Source: Rhizobacter sp. (lineage in GTDB: Bacteria > Pseudomonadota > Gammaproteobacteria > Burkholderiales > Burkholderiaceae_C). From it: a stretch of DNA of 61,755 nt. Location of the stretch: the NCBI GenBank assembly GCA_043742485.1, contig JAYTYH010000337.1:1-61755 (forward strand), read 5' to 3'. The position numbers were made by a program, and so were the translations under genes. The notes beneath the pieces were generated by a model that was given only the letters and a program-made list of their open reading frames with translations, had not been told where the DNA came from and did not search any database. This document shows positions 17,427 to 28,159 of the stretch, piece after piece (within the stretch, counting starts at the first letter, position 1; each line of letters begins with the position of its first letter).

Positions 17427-17876
17427 TCACGGTCTTTCCAGCTCGGCGACGAGCGTCTTCATCTCGCCGATCGCGCGCCGCTGGCTCTCGATGATGCCGT
17501 CGGCAAGCTTGCGCACGCGTGGGTCGGTGATGTGGGCTCGCTCGCTGGTCAGGATCGCGATCGAGTGGTGCGGGATCATGGGTTTCATCCAACTCACGTG
17601 GGAAATCGTCTGCTGGCTGTGCACCAGCCATAGCGACAGCGCGAAGACGCCGACGCTGCCGACGACGATGGCAATATTGGCCCGCTTGTCCCGGTACATC
17701 GCCAGCATGAAGCCCAGCATGATGACGGCCATCGTCGCGCCCATGACCAGCGCCATGTATGCCCGCGTCTCGCTGAAGTAGACGTGATCCAGCTGGTACG
17801 TGTTCAGGTCCATCAGGCCGAACATCACGACGGTGGATGACGCGACCATGGCCGGGAATTTCGAGTACTTCATCAT
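17427..17876 (-). CDS. DUF305 membrane protein of copper-resistance clusters
   Basis: TM helices, MIPHHSIAILTSERA, VRKLADGIIESQ. Confidence 0.8.
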   Translation of the reverse strand: MMKYSKFPAMVASSTVVMFGLMDLNTYQLDHVYFSETRAYMALVMGATMAVIMLGFMLAMYRDKRANIAIVVGSVGVFALSLWLVHSQQTISHVSWMKPMIPHHSIAILTSERAHITDPRVRKLADGIIESQRRAIGEMKTLVAELERP

Positions 17877-18078
17877 TGCTTGGGTCCTCCCTTGGTGTGA
17901 ACGTGCTGCCCGCCATCGGCATGCGCATGCGTGTGCGAGCCGGAAGCTGAGCGCCGGACGGATGCGGGGAGATTGATCGTGCTCCGGCTATTGCGGAAGT
18001 CGCCGAACCTGTAGCTTCCGCATGCCTGTCGCTTTCGCTTGCCTCGTCGTGTGGGTTAATTCCAGGCGTCGTGATCGC

Positions 18079-18662
18079 CGGGATGCGCAGGTCGAAGATG
18101 GTCTGCGCCGAACCGTTGATGGCGCGCAGCCGCACTTTCTCGCCGCGCTTGAAGAGGCCGGTCGGATTGGCGTCGGGCGAGGCGCCGTTGATCAGGTGGG
18201 TGTAGTGGTGGCCGGTCACGTCCGACAGGTCGGCCGGGCTCATCCGCATCTGGTTCCACATCTTGCGTTTCGCGAACGCCTGCTGAGTGCCGTGCGCGAC
18301 GCATCCTGCGCAAAATCGACCGCAGTCGGCTCGTTGAAGTTGTAGAAGTCGCTCGTCTTCTTGAGGTTGGCCATGACCAGCTCGGAACTGCCGTCGGACC
18401 AGTCGGACAGCATCAGGACGCAGTCGCGGTCGGTGCGGTGCCGTTCGCCGCCGCGCGGCTCGACCCCGATCGGTGCGTAGAGGCCGGTCTGCTTCTGAAA
18501 GCTCGAGTGGCTGTGATGCCGGTAGGCGCCGCTCTGCCTGACGTCGAAGCGGTAGGTGAACGTGTCGCCTGGTTGGATGCCGTTGAACGAGAGCCCTGGT
18601 ACGCCGTCCATCTGGAACGGCAGCAGGATGCCGTGCCAATGGATCGAGGTCGTGGACGCCAT
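18079..18662 (-). pseudogene. copA: Truncated, frameshifted CopA/PcoA multicopper oxidase
   Basis: TSIHWHGILLPFQMDGVPG and degenerate GAYRHHSH in one frame; MWNQMRMSPADLSDV...GEKVRLRAINGSAQTIFDLRIP in another. Signal peptide and C-terminal Cu sites are missing. Confidence 0.85.
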
Positions 18663-18754
18663 CGCGATGGCGCGACGGGCGGCGCTTCTGCGCCGCAAGG
18701 GCTCAGACGATCGGTGGTCGGATCAGCCAGCCATGGCCTGCGCCGAACCGTTGA
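18098..18754. repeat. 22-bp direct repeat pair (1 mismatch) at 18098-18119 and 18733-18754
   Basis: ATGGTCTGCGCCGAACCGTTGA versus ATGGCCTGCGCCGAACCGTTGA. Confidence 0.75.
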
Positions 18755-18760
18755 CATTGC

Positions 18761-21700
18761 CTAGCCTGTAGCGGGCAGACCAGAGTCTCTGAGGGGAAGG
18801 GCCATCGATTCCGGGTCTTTGGCAGCCTCCGCATCGCGCTCCCGACTACGCCTGCGCATCAGCAGATAGGCGGCGGGAATCACGAACATCGATAGAAGCG
18901 GCGCCGTGATCATGCCGCCCACCATCGGCGCGGCAATGCGCTGCATGACCTCCGATCCCGTGCCCGATCCCCACATGATCGGAAACAGACCCGCCAGGAT
19001 GACCGCCACGGTCATGGCCTTCGGCCGCACCCGCAGGACCGCGCCTTCGCGGATCGCATCGAGCAGGTCCTCCTCGCCCATCGTGCCGAGGGCCACGCGC
19101 TCGTTCCAGGCGTTCTTCAGATAGAGCAGCATGATCACGCCGAACTCGGCCGAGACCCCGGCCAGGGCGATGAAGCCGACGGCGCCGGCGACCGACAGGT
19201 TGTAGTCGAGCAGCCAGAGCAGCCAGATGCCGCCGACCAGGGCGAAGGGCAGCGTCGCCATGATGAGCGCGGCCTCGCCGAAGCTGCCGAACGTCAGGTA
19301 AAGCAGCACGAAGATGATGAGCAGAGTGAACGGCACGACGATCTTCAGCCTGGCGACGGCACGTTCGAGGAACTCGAACTGCCCCGACCAGGCGACCGAG
19401 TAGCCGGGCGGCAGCGCCACCTTGCTCGCGACCACACCCTGCATCTCGTGCACGGCGGAGGCCAGGTCGCGGCCGCGGATGTCGACGTAGACCCAGCCCG
19501 AGAGGCGGGCGTTCTCGCTGCGCAGCATCGGCGGCCCGTCGGTGATGCGGATGTCGGCCACGTCGGACAGCACCAGGCGCTGGCCGCGCTCGGTGACGAT
19601 CGGCAGGCTTTTCACCTTGGCCAGCGAATCGCGCAGTTCGCGCGGGTAGCGCACGTTGATCGGAAAGCGCTGCAGTCCCTCGACCGTCTCGCCGATGTTC
19701 TCGCCGCCGACAGCCGACGAGATCACCGACTGCACGTCGGCGATGTTGAGACCGAAGCGCGCTGCCGCCTCGCGCTTGATGTCGACATCGACGTAACGTC
19801 CGCCGGTGAGGCGCTCGGCGAGTGCGCTCGTCACGCCGGGCACGTCTTTCAGTGCCCGCTCGATCTCGCCGGTGAGCCGGTCGATCGTCTGCAGGTCGGC
19901 GCCGGCCACCTTGACGCCGACCGGGCTCTTGATGCCGGTGGCCAGCATGTCGATGCGGTTGCGGATCGGCGGCACCCAGATGTTGGCCAGGCCCGGCACG
20001 CGGACGATGCGGTCGAGTTCCTCGATGAGCTTGTCCTGCGTCATGCCGGGCCGCCATTCGTCCTTCGGCTTGAACTGGATCGTGGTCTCGAACATCTCGA
20101 GCGGCGCCGGGTCGGTGGCGGTCTCGGCGCGGCCGGCCTTGCCGAACACGCTCGCCACCTCGGGCACCGTCTTGATGAGGCGGTCGGTCTGCTGCAGGAG
20201 GGCCGCCGCCTTGCCGACCGAGAGGCCGGGCAGCGCCGAGGGCATGTAGAGCAGATCACCCTCGTCGAGCCGCGGCATGAACTCGCCGCCGATGTGCCGG
20301 AGAGGCCACAGGCTGACGAGGAAGAGCAGGGCGGCCAGGGCGATCGTCGTCTTCGGTGCACGCAGCACGATGTCGAGCAGCGGGCGGTAGACGGCGATCA
20401 GGAAGCGGTTGAGCGGGTTGGCCGTCTCGTCGGGAATGCGGCCGCGGATCAGATAACCCATGAGCACCGGAATCAGTGTCACCGAGAGGCCCGCCGCCGC
20501 CGCCATGGCATACGTCTTGGTGAAGGCGAGCGGCGCGAAGAGTCGCCCTTCCTGGGCCTCGAGCGTGAACACCGGGATGAACGACAGCGTGATGACGAGC
20601 AGCGAAAAGAAGAGGGCCGGGCCGACCTCGGCCGCGGAGTCGCCGATCACGCGCCAGCGCTCGGCGGAAGCGAGGGATTGACCCGGATGCGCGTGTCCCC
20701 ATCGCTCGAGGTGCTTGTGCGCGTTCTCGATCATCACGACCGCCGCGTCAACCATCGCGCCGATGGCGATGGCGATGCCGCCGAGCGACATGATGTTGGC
20801 GTTGACGCCCTGCAGGTGCATGACGACGAACGCCGCCAGGATGCCGATCGGCAAGGAGACGATGGCGACGAAGGCCGAGCGCAGGTGGAACAGGAAAATG
20901 AAGCAGACGACAGCGACGACGAGAAATTCCTCGGCCAGCTTGTGCGTGAGGTTCTCGACCGCGCGCTCGATCAGGCCCGAACGGTCGTAGACCGGCACGA
21001 TCTCGACCCCTTTGGGCAGGCTGCCACGCAGCGTCTCGATCTTCGCCTTGACCGCGGCGATGGTCTCCAGCGCGTTCTTGCCGGAGCGCATGATGACGAC
21101 GCCGCCCACGGCTTCGCCTACGCCGTCGAGCTCACCGATGCCGCGCCGCATCTCGGGGCCGATCTGGATCCGCGCCACATCGCCGAGCAGCACCGAGACG
21201 CCGGCGGCGGTGGTGGTCAGCGGGATCTTGCGGAAGTCGTCGAGGGTCTGCAGGTAGCCCGAGGCGCGCACCATGTACTCGGCCTCGCCGAGCTCGAGTA
21301 CCGAGCCGCCGCTTTCCTGGTTGGCGCGCTGGATCGCGCTCACGACCTTGCTGTGGGGAATCGAGTAGGCGGCCAGCTTGTCGGGGTCGAGCACGACCTG
21401 GTACTGGCGCACCATGCCGCCCACCGAGGCGACCTCGGCGACGTTGGCAACGGTCTTCAGCTCGTAGCGCAGGAACCAGTCCTGCAACGCCCGCAGCTGC
21501 GATGCATCCTGCGTGTTGCCGCGATCGACGAGCGAATACTGGTAGATCCAGCCGACGCCGGTGGCGTCTGGACCGAGCGTCGCCTTCGCGCCCGGCGGCA
21601 GGCGCGACTGCACCTGGTTCAGGTACTCGAGCACGCGCGAGCGGGCCCAGTAGAGATCGGTGCCGTCCTCGAACAGCACGTAGACGAACGAGTCGCCGAA

Positions 21701-21961
21701 GAAGGAATAGCCGCGCACCGTCTTCGCGCCCGGCACCGACAGCATCGTCGTCGTCATCGGGTAGGTGACCTGGTTCTCGACGATCTGTGGCGCCTGGCCC
21801 GGGTAGCTGGTGCGGATGATGACCTGCACGTCGGAGAGATCGGGCAAGGCGTCGAGCGGCGTCTTCATGACCGACCAGACGCCCCAGGCGCTGACGATCA
21901 GCGTGGCGAGGAGAACGAGGAAGCGGTTGACGATCGACCAGCGGATCAGCCGGGCGATCAT
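18761..21961 (-). CDS. cusA: CusA/SilA heavy-metal RND permease
   Basis: Starts MIARLIRWS; [27 protein letters not shown], Met sites LYMPS, PLEMFET, RIDML. Confidence 0.95.
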   Translation of the reverse strand: MIARLIRWSIVNRFLVLLATLIVSAWGVWSVMKTPLDALPDLSDVQVIIRTSYPGQAPQIVENQVTYPMTTTMLSVPGAKTVRGYSFFGDSFVYVLFEDGTDLYWARSRVLEYLNQVQSRLPPGAKATLGPDATGVGWIYQYSLVDRGNTQDASQLRALQDWFLRYELKTVANVAEVASVGGMVRQYQVVLDPDKLAAYSIPHSKVVSAIQRANQESGGSVLELGEAEYMVRASGYLQTLDDFRKIPLTTTAAGVSVLLGDVARIQIGPEMRRGIGELDGVGEAVGGVVIMRSGKNALETIAAVKAKIETLRGSLPKGVEIVPVYDRSGLIERAVENLTHKLAEEFLVVAVVCFIFLFHLRSAFVAIVSLPIGILAAFVVMHLQGVNANIMSLGGIAIAIGAMVDAAVVMIENAHKHLERWGHAHPGQSLASAERWRVIGDSAAEVGPALFFSLLVITLSFIPVFTLEAQEGRLFAPLAFTKTYAMAAAAGLSVTLIPVLMGYLIRGRIPDETANPLNRFLIAVYRPLLDIVLRAPKTTIALAALLFLVSLWPLRHIGGEFMPRLDEGDLLYMPSALPGLSVGKAAALLQQTDRLIKTVPEVASVFGKAGRAETATDPAPLEMFETTIQFKPKDEWRPGMTQDKLIEELDRIVRVPGLANIWVPPIRNRIDMLATGIKSPVGVKVAGADLQTIDRLTGEIERALKDVPGVTSALAERLTGGRYVDVDIKREAAARFGLNIADVQSVISSAVGGENIGETVEGLQRFPINVRYPRELRDSLAKVKSLPIVTERGQRLVLSDVADIRITDGPPMLRSENARLSGWVYVDIRGRDLASAVHEMQGVVASKVALPPGYSVAWSGQFEFLERAVARLKIVVPFTLLIIFVLLYLTFGSFGEAALIMATLPFALVGGIWLLWLLDYNLSVAGAVGFIALAGVSAEFGVIMLLYLKNAWNERVALGTMGEEDLLDAIREGAVLRVRPKAMTVAVILAGLFPIMWGSGTGSEVMQRIAAPMVGGMITAPLLSMFVIPAAYLLMRRRSRERDAEAAKDPESMALPLRDSGLPATG

Positions 21962-23358
21962 CGACGGGCTCCCGACGCTGCCGCTGCGCCGGCGGCTGCG
22001 GTCCCGGGCGGTTCGTTCAGCCGGGCCTCGACGCCGCGCAGGCTGGCCTCCGAGTCGATCAGGAATTGCGAGGAAACGACGATGCGCTGGCCGGCATTCA
22101 GCCCGCTGCGGATCTCCGTCTGGCCATTGCTCTCGAGCCCCGACTGCACGTCGACCGGCTGGAAATGGCCGTTCTCTTCGGCGAGCAGCACGACCGTGCG
22201 CTTGCCCGTCTGGATCACCGCATCGCTCGGCACCAGCAGCACCTTGCCGGGGCGGGTGTCCATGAAGTCCATGGTCACGAACATGCCCGGCACCAGGCGA
22301 GCGCCGGGATTGGCGAGCTGCATGCGCGCCTTCAGCGTCCGCGTTCCGACGTTGACCTCGGGCAGCAGCGCCTGCACCGTGCCCTCGAAGGTGACGCCGG
22401 GGACCGCGGGGCTGCGGGCCCGCACCTTCGCCCCCGGTCGCAGTTGCGATGCCTGGCTCTCGGGCACTTCGGCGTTCGCCCAGACGGAGCTCAAGCCGTT
22501 GATCCGGAACAGCGTCGCTCCGGCCGCGACCGACATGCCGTCGCGGGCCATGCTCTCGACGACGACGCCGTCGATTGGCGAGCGGATCGAGATGCGAGGC
22601 TGCGTGCGGCCCGTCGATTCCACGATCCCGATTTGCTCGTCGTTCATGCCGAGCTGGCGCATGCGCTGGCGGGCGCCATCGACCAACGACGCGAGGTCGG
22701 TGCCCTGCATGCGCCGCACCGACAGGAACTCTTCCTGCGCCGCGATCCACTCGGGCACGTAGAGGTCGACCAGCGGCTGCCCCTTCTTGACTGCATCGAG
22801 GGTCGCGCGGACGTGCAGGCGCTCGATGAAGCCGGCGGCGCGTGCCTGGATCACGGCCTGGTCGCGCTCGTTGAAGGAGATGCTGCCGACCGCCGAGACC
22901 TGCGGCGACAGCGTCCCTTCGACGACGAGGGCGGTGCGCACGCCGAGGTTCTGCTGGATGCGCGGGCTGACGCTGATGTTGTTCTCGTCGCCGTCGGCGC
23001 CGCCGTAGACCGGCACCAGCATCATGTCCATGAATGGCGACTTCGCCGGCTTGTCGAACTTGGTGCCCGGCACCATCGGGTCGTGGTAGTAGAGGATCTT
23101 CCGGCCCGCGGCCGGATCGACTTCGCCGGCCTTCAGGCCGGTCGCGATGTGCCGTCGCGTTGCGGCCTCGCCTTCGGCTAGGCCTTGCGGCACGCGCTCT
23201 GGCATTGCCGCGGCAACGGCTGCCGTCTTTTCGGTCGGGTTCGCGCGGGACAAGCCCGGACGTCCCCGATCGAGGCCCGCCTGATAGGCGCCCCAGGCGA
23301 TGCCGGAGACCACCACGACGCCCAGGACGCCGGCCGCCCATCCATGCGATCGTTTCAT
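21958..23358 (-). CDS. cusB: CusB-type periplasmic adaptor
   Basis: YYHDPM...KSPFMDM metal-binding domain, [23 protein letters not shown]. Confidence 0.92.
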   Translation of the reverse strand: MKRSHGWAAGVLGVVVVSGIAWGAYQAGLDRGRPGLSRANPTEKTAAVAAAMPERVPQGLAEGEAATRRHIATGLKAGEVDPAAGRKILYYHDPMVPGTKFDKPAKSPFMDMMLVPVYGGADGDENNISVSPRIQQNLGVRTALVVEGTLSPQVSAVGSISFNERDQAVIQARAAGFIERLHVRATLDAVKKGQPLVDLYVPEWIAAQEEFLSVRRMQGTDLASLVDGARQRMRQLGMNDEQIGIVESTGRTQPRISIRSPIDGVVVESMARDGMSVAAGATLFRINGLSSVWANAEVPESQASQLRPGAKVRARSPAVPGVTFEGTVQALLPEVNVGTRTLKARMQLANPGARLVPGMFVTMDFMDTRPGKVLLVPSDAVIQTGKRTVVLLAEENGHFQPVDVQSGLESNGQTEIRSGLNAGQRIVVSSQFLIDSEASLRGVEARLNEPPGTAAAGAAAASGARR

Positions 23359-24611
23359 GGCTGCGCTCCTGGCCGCGTCACGGGAAGATGAAAGTTGATC
23401 TGGGCCCAGAGTCGGGCCTCGTCCATCGCCAGCCGAAGTCTTTCGAGGCGGGTCGCGACCTCCGCCTCACGCGCCTGCAGCACCGAGACGAGGGAACCTC
23501 CACCGCCACGATAGGCGGAGAGGGCTGCGCGGGTGCGCTCGACAGCCAGCGGGACCAGCGTCTCGTCATAGCGCCGGATGCGTTCGCTGGTGCTGTGCTT
23601 CTTCTGCAGCAAGGTCGATGCCTCGAGCACGTAGCTGCGGGTCGCCTCCTCGCGTTCGTTGCGCAGTTGCTCGACGACGGCAAGCTTGGCCGCGAGCTCG
23701 CGGTCCTGAATCTTTGCCTGGTTCCATTGCAGAGGAATCGAGAAGTTCAGCGAGATCATGTTCGAGTAGGCGGGCTCGCGCTGGCTGTACGTCAGCTGGA
23801 CGCTGACGTCGGGACTCTTCTCGGACCGGGCGACCTCGGCCTCAGCGACGGCGACCGCTTCACGTCTTCGCATCAGCTCGATCTGCGGATGGGCAGCAAG
23901 CTCGCTGTCGAGCGCGTGTTCGTGCAGCCGCTCCTCGCTCATCGCAGGCACCGGGCCGAGCTCTTCGGCGGAGGCACTGCCGACCCAGCGTGCCAATTGC
24001 GAGCGGGCCGTGGCGACTTGCTGGCGGCTGTCGACGAGGCGGTCTTCGAGCTGCTCGACGGCGGATCGCGCCGCGAACACGTCGGCCTGCGCACCGCGGC
24101 CGCCGCGGTAGCCGGCATCCGCAGCCTGCACCTGAAGACGTGCTTCGTCACGCTGCGCGAGCAAGACATCGGTCATGCGCCGGAGGTAGTGGAGATCGAG
24201 CCAGGCCATCGCCGTCTCGCGCTGCAGGTCGGTGAGGGCGAGTGCCCGGCCTGCTTCCGCGGCTTCGGCTTCGCGCTCGAAACGCGCCGTCCGGGCGTCG
24301 AGCTTGCTGCCACGAGTCAGCTGCTGCGTCACGCCGATCGAGCGCATCGTCATGAAGTCCCGCGACAGACTGAACCGGTCCGACGTCGTCACAGGCAGGT
24401 TGTTGACGCCAGCCGTCAGCACCGGGTCGGGCCGCTGCCCGGCCGAGACGGCCATCTCTCGGGCGGCGGCGGCCGAAGCTTGCTTGGCCGGCAGGGCATA
24501 AGAGCGCGATTCGGCGATCTGCAGGGCGTCGTCGAACGACAAAGGCGCGGCGCTTGCCAACGTCGCGACGCCAAGAGGCAGCGCCGCCAGAACGATCAGA
24601 GCGCGACTCAT
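23355..24611 (-). CDS. TolC-family outer-membrane factor of the heavy-metal RND system
   Basis: Start MSRALIV at 24611; [21 protein letters not shown]; ATGA coupling to cusB. Confidence 0.88.
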   Translation of the reverse strand: MSRALIVLAALPLGVATLASAAPLSFDDALQIAESRSYALPAKQASAAAAREMAVSAGQRPDPVLTAGVNNLPVTTSDRFSLSRDFMTMRSIGVTQQLTRGSKLDARTARFEREAEAAEAGRALALTDLQRETAMAWLDLHYLRRMTDVLLAQRDEARLQVQAADAGYRGGRGAQADVFAARSAVEQLEDRLVDSRQQVATARSQLARWVGSASAEELGPVPAMSEERLHEHALDSELAAHPQIELMRRREAVAVAEAEVARSEKSPDVSVQLTYSQREPAYSNMISLNFSIPLQWNQAKIQDRELAAKLAVVEQLRNEREEATRSYVLEASTLLQKKHSTSERIRRYDETLVPLAVERTRAALSAYRGGGGSLVSVLQAREAEVATRLERLRLAMDEARLWAQINFHLPVTRPGAQP

Positions 24612-24797
24612 CGTCCTGCCTCGCGCGCTGCGCTTGCGTTCACCTCTTCCTGGTGCTTTCGGATCTCGGGCGGCCACCGCGCCTTGAACCAGGAAAGCAC
24701 GGCGATGATCTCGGCCATCACACGAGGCGAGGCTCAACAAGGTTGCACCGGCTGCCAACGCGGCCCCGGCACCTCGCCGGCGAGACAGAATAATCAT
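24608..24797 (-). pseudogene. Internally deleted c-type cytochrome of copper clusters
   Basis: Lipoprotein-like leader MIILSRRR...LASC is joined out of frame to AEIIAVLSWFKARWPPEIRKHQEEVN...*. The CxxCH core is absent; the stop overlaps the OMF start. Confidence 0.6.
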
Positions 24798-24967
24798 GGA
24801 ACCCGCTCCCGTTGCCGCGGACGCCGTCGGCGTCCGCTGGGCGAGCCAAACCGCTGGCGTCATGGGACGGTCAACGGTCCGGCCGATGCAGCCACGGCTC
24901 GATGGCGGCGGCTGCGGCGCTGTGGCCGCCCGCGGCCCTGAGCACAGGACCGTGAGCCGCCCGATCC

Positions 24968-25381
24968 TCAGGCAGAGACGCGGGGAGGTCTCTCGGGAGC
25001 GCCGGTAAGGAAACGCGGCTGCAGATCGGTCTCTGCGCACACGGGAATCGTCCTGACCGTCGAATGCAGCAATGGGAGCAAGGCCGGCGCGTCCGCTCCG
25101 GGGACACCACATCCCCCTGAGCTGGCGCAATCCATGCCGACTCGGTCGGAAGAACGACTTTTCATGCCGTCGTCGCCTCCGCACGGCGATGACTCCACGC
25201 CGTCCATTGCCCGCGTCGAGTCGCTGCTGTGCCCGATCGAGACACACGAGACAGAACCGGATGCGGACAGGGCAGGCATCGCCATCGACGCGCAGGCCGG
25301 AATCATCCCGCCTGCCATCCCGTGTATGGGCAGTGCGAAAAGGAGCAACCAGGACAAAGCTGCGCGGATGCGGCGAAACAT
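24968..25381 (-). CDS. CopL/CzcI/DUF2946-like small metal-related protein
   Basis: N-terminal TM/signal, Cys/Met-rich middle, C-terminal PERPPR typical of leader genes of metal RND operons. Confidence 0.65.
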   Translation of the reverse strand: MFRRIRAALSWLLLFALPIHGMAGGMIPACASMAMPALSASGSVSCVSIGHSSDSTRAMDGVESSPCGGDDGMKSRSSDRVGMDCASSGGCGVPGADAPALLPLLHSTVRTIPVCAETDLQPRFLTGAPERPPRVSA

Positions 25382-25482
25382 GCGGTGAGTATAGAAGCGC
25401 GACCCAACCCGACGCTGCTGCCCGATGGGTGCGGCGTCAATTCCCGTTTCCCCACGCACCTCCCAGCGGAATCAGTCCGCCT

Positions 25483-25629
25483 TCAGGGCTGCGATCCTCG
25501 TCTCAGTGCATTGCTGATCACCGAGACCGAGCTGAGGCTCATCGCCGGCGCGCCGATCATCGGTGACAAGAGCCAGCCCGTACACGGGTAGAGCACACCG
25601 GTCGCCAGCGGCACGCCCAGCAAGTTGTC
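25483..25629 (-). pseudogene. C-terminal remnant of a Cu(I) P1B-type ATPase
   Basis: [42 protein letters not shown] matches the last two TMs, including MxxSS. Confidence 0.75.
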
Positions 25630-25783
25630 GTTGCGGCCTGGGCCCCGGCCTTCCTGGGACACCGCTCATCATCATTGCGTCCTGCAGCGATCGAACGACG
25701 GTCGGTGCGTGTCTTTCGGCTGGCGCGGACGGCTTCATCGTCGACGGCAAGTCGCTGACGAACGCGCCGTGGCGCCCGGCGCT

Positions 25784-25978
25784 TCAGGCGCGCTGGCGCA
25801 AGGCGTACTGGATGCGGCCGCTGGCGCTCTGCGGCTCGAACTCGATCTGCCCGCACGAGCACGGCGAAGCCATCGCCACGCGCACCGGCACTGCATAGGC
25901 GTGGACCTTGCCGCAGGCGACGCAGCGCCATGTCGGGCTGCGCATCAGGTGTGCGGCGGCCTGCGCCGGCGAAAGCAT
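25784..25978 (-). CDS. Small putative zinc-ribbon protein
   Basis: WRCVACGK...PCSCG in 64 aa; start uncertain. Confidence 0.4.
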   Translation of the reverse strand: MLSPAQAAAHLMRSPTWRCVACGKVHAYAVPVRVAMASPCSCGQIEFEPQSASGRIQYALRQRA

Positions 25979-26402
25979 GAAGCGGGTGCCGCCAAGATGC
26001 GTCTGGATGTCGCTTCGGAGCGGGCGCATCGTCAGTGCCGGCAAGCTCGCCACCCCTCGCCGTGCCTTGTGATCAGCGCGCAGACGAGCCAGCAGCGCGA
26101 AGCCTCGGCGCGAAGCGGTGATCATGATCGCGGCGATTCTGCGCACGGGCTCGTCCCTCCGGAACTCGCCGCACGATAGCGAGCGGGCGCGCTGCCATGT
26201 GGCTCATTTGGAGGTCGATCCCGCGACTCGGGGGGGGGCCGGCACGTTCAGCCGGTGCTGACCTTGGGGCGACGCGCCGCGTCGGGCGCAGCGATCCAGG
26301 CCTTTCAGGATCTCGTCGAGGTTGGAGCACGCGCTGGGCCGGCAGGGACCATCGGCTAAGGTAGAGCGGCCTTCACTTGCCCAGGCCGTGAGCCGCCTTT
26401 TC

Positions 26403-26783
26403 ATGAACGACAAAGCTGCGACGAAAACCGCGCGGGCCGCCAAGCCGGTGGTTCGCTTCCGGATGCGGGTGACGTCGGGCGATGCGGTGGCCGTCGGCCC
26501 AGGCAAGATCGCGCTGCTCGAGGCGATCCGCGAGACGCGGTCGATCACCGCGGCGGCGCGATCGATCGACATGTCGTACCGGCGCGCCTGGATCCTCGTC
26601 GACCAGCTCAACGCCTCGCTCCGCAAGCCCGCGGTGCTCTCGCTGAAGGGCGGCGAGCACGGCGGCGGCAGCGCGCTCACACCGGTGGGCGATGCCTTGG
26701 TCGACCTCTACCGGCGCATCGAGTCGCGCGCCGCCGAGGCCTGCGCCGACGACATCAAGGCCTTGCTGAAACTGGTGCGCTGA
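26403..26783 (+). CDS. modE: ModE-family winged-helix regulator lacking TOBE domains
   Basis: VGPGKIALLEAI, SITAAARSIDMSYRRAW, GGEHGGGSALT. Confidence 0.85.
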   Translation: MNDKAATKTARAAKPVVRFRMRVTSGDAVAVGPGKIALLEAIRETRSITAAARSIDMSYRRAWILVDQLNASLRKPAVLSLKGGEHGGGSALTPVGDALVDLYRRIESRAAEACADDIKALLKLVR

Positions 26784-27453
26784 CGTTGACAGCGACGGCA
26801 CGCCCGGCATCGATCTCGACGATCTCGTCGGCGAAGGCGGCGACGTCGGCGGCGTCGTGGGTGATGAGGAGGAGCGGCAGGTTCAGTGCTGCCTGCAGCT
26901 CGACGAGCTCGGCGCGCAGGCGGGCGCGCAGGGCGGTGTCGAGGGCTGCGAACGGCTCGTCGAGCAGCAGCGCCCGCGGCTCGGCGACGAGGGCGCGGGC
27001 GAGCGCGATGCGTTGGCACTGGCCGCCTGAGAGCTCGTCGGGAAAGCGGGCGCCGAGCGCAGCGAGCTCGAAGGTGGCGAGCCAGTGGTCGACGACGGCG
27101 CTGGCAACGTCGGCCTTCGGATTGCGCCAGCCGGCACCGAGACCGAAGGCGACGTTCTGGCGCACGGTGAGGTGCGGGAACAGCGCGTACTCCTGGAACA
27201 CGTAGCCGAGGCGGCGATGGCCGGCGGGCACGTCGATGCCACGCTCGGAGTCGAACACCGTCTCGCCGCCGACGACGATGCGGCCGGCGTCGGGTTCGAG
27301 CAGGCCGGCCATCGCCTTCAACGTCAGGCTCTTGCCGGCGCCGGAGGGGCCGAAGAGCACGAGCCGCGCGGCGTCACTGGCGAAGCCGATGTCGAGCCGG
27401 AAGGCGTGCGCGCCGCGGCCCATCGTGCGGGCGATGCGCACGTCCCACTTCAT
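26755..27453 (-). CDS. modC: Molybdate ABC ATPase (short form)
   Basis: GPSGAGKS, VFQEYALFPHL, LSGGQ, LLLDEPF; downstream of modB. Confidence 0.88.
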   Translation of the reverse strand: MKWDVRIARTMGRGAHAFRLDIGFASDAARLVLFGPSGAGKSLTLKAMAGLLEPDAGRIVVGGETVFDSERGIDVPAGHRRLGYVFQEYALFPHLTVRQNVAFGLGAGWRNPKADVASAVVDHWLATFELAALGARFPDELSGGQCQRIALARALVAEPRALLLDEPFAALDTALRARLRAELVELQAALNLPLLLITHDAADVAAFADEIVEIDAGRAVAVNVSAPVSARP

Positions 27454-27478
27454 GGCCGTTCCTCCGAAGGCCGCGCCT

Positions 27479-28153
27479 TCACGAGCGCCCCGGGATGCGC
27501 ACCGGCGCCAGCTTGCCGGCCGCCAGCAGCACGGCGATGCAGGTCACCGACGTGAGCAGAACCAGGCCGTTGGCGAGCTCGTCCTGGCCCGCCTGCACGG
27601 CCTCGTAGACGGCGATCGAGAGCGTCTGCGTCTTGCCCGGGATGCTGCCGGCCACCATCAGCGTTGCGCCGAATTCGCCGAGGGCGCGCGCGAATGCGAG
27701 CAGCGCGCCGGCGAGGATGCCGCGCCAGGCCAGCGGCAGCGTGACACGGAAGAACACCGCCGCGGCGCCGAGCCCGAGCACGCGCGCGGCCTGCTCGAGC
27801 TGCACGTCGACGGTCTCGAAGGCGGCCCGCGCCGACTTGCAGACGAACGGAAAGGCGACGATCGACGCGGCGATGACGGCGCCTTGCCAGGTGAAGATGA
27901 GGTTGATGCCGAACGTGCGCTCGAGCCAGCCGCCGAGCCAGCCGCGCCGGCCGATCACGACGAGCAGGTAGTAGCCGAGCACCGTCGGCGGCAGCACCAT
28001 TGGCAGCAGCAGGATCGAGTCGACCAACTCACGGCCGGGAAAGCGGACCCTCGCCAGCAAGAAGCCGATCGAGACACCGGCGACGAGATCGATGGCGGTG
28101 GCCCAGAGGGCAACCTTGAGAGACAGCCCGAGCGCGATCCAGGCGGGCTCCAC
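27479..28153 (-). CDS. modB: Molybdate ABC permease
   Basis: LPMVLPPTVLGYYLL, FARALGEFGAT. Confidence 0.93.
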   Translation of the reverse strand: MEPAWIALGLSLKVALWATAIDLVAGVSIGFLLARVRFPGRELVDSILLLPMVLPPTVLGYYLLVVIGRRGWLGGWLERTFGINLIFTWQGAVIAASIVAFPFVCKSARAAFETVDVQLEQAARVLGLGAAAVFFRVTLPLAWRGILAGALLAFARALGEFGATLMVAGSIPGKTQTLSIAVYEAVQAGQDELANGLVLLTSVTCIAVLLAAGKLAPVRIPGRS

Positions 28154-28159
28154 GAACGG

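Noticed and set aside
19448-22762. 1104-aa antisense ORF, and similar ones such as 44198-47176 and 5741-7339
   Set aside because: Mirror frames of well-supported genes with no motifs; high-GC codon bias artefacts.
18761-23341. 1526-aa ORF suggesting a giant CusA fusion
   Set aside because: The first roughly 460 aa are an alternative frame over cusB; the real start is the ATGA overlap at 21961.
26150-26340. Possible Moco riboswitch or other ncRNA upstream of modE
   Set aside because: No recognisable consensus elements; only generic GC-rich pairing.
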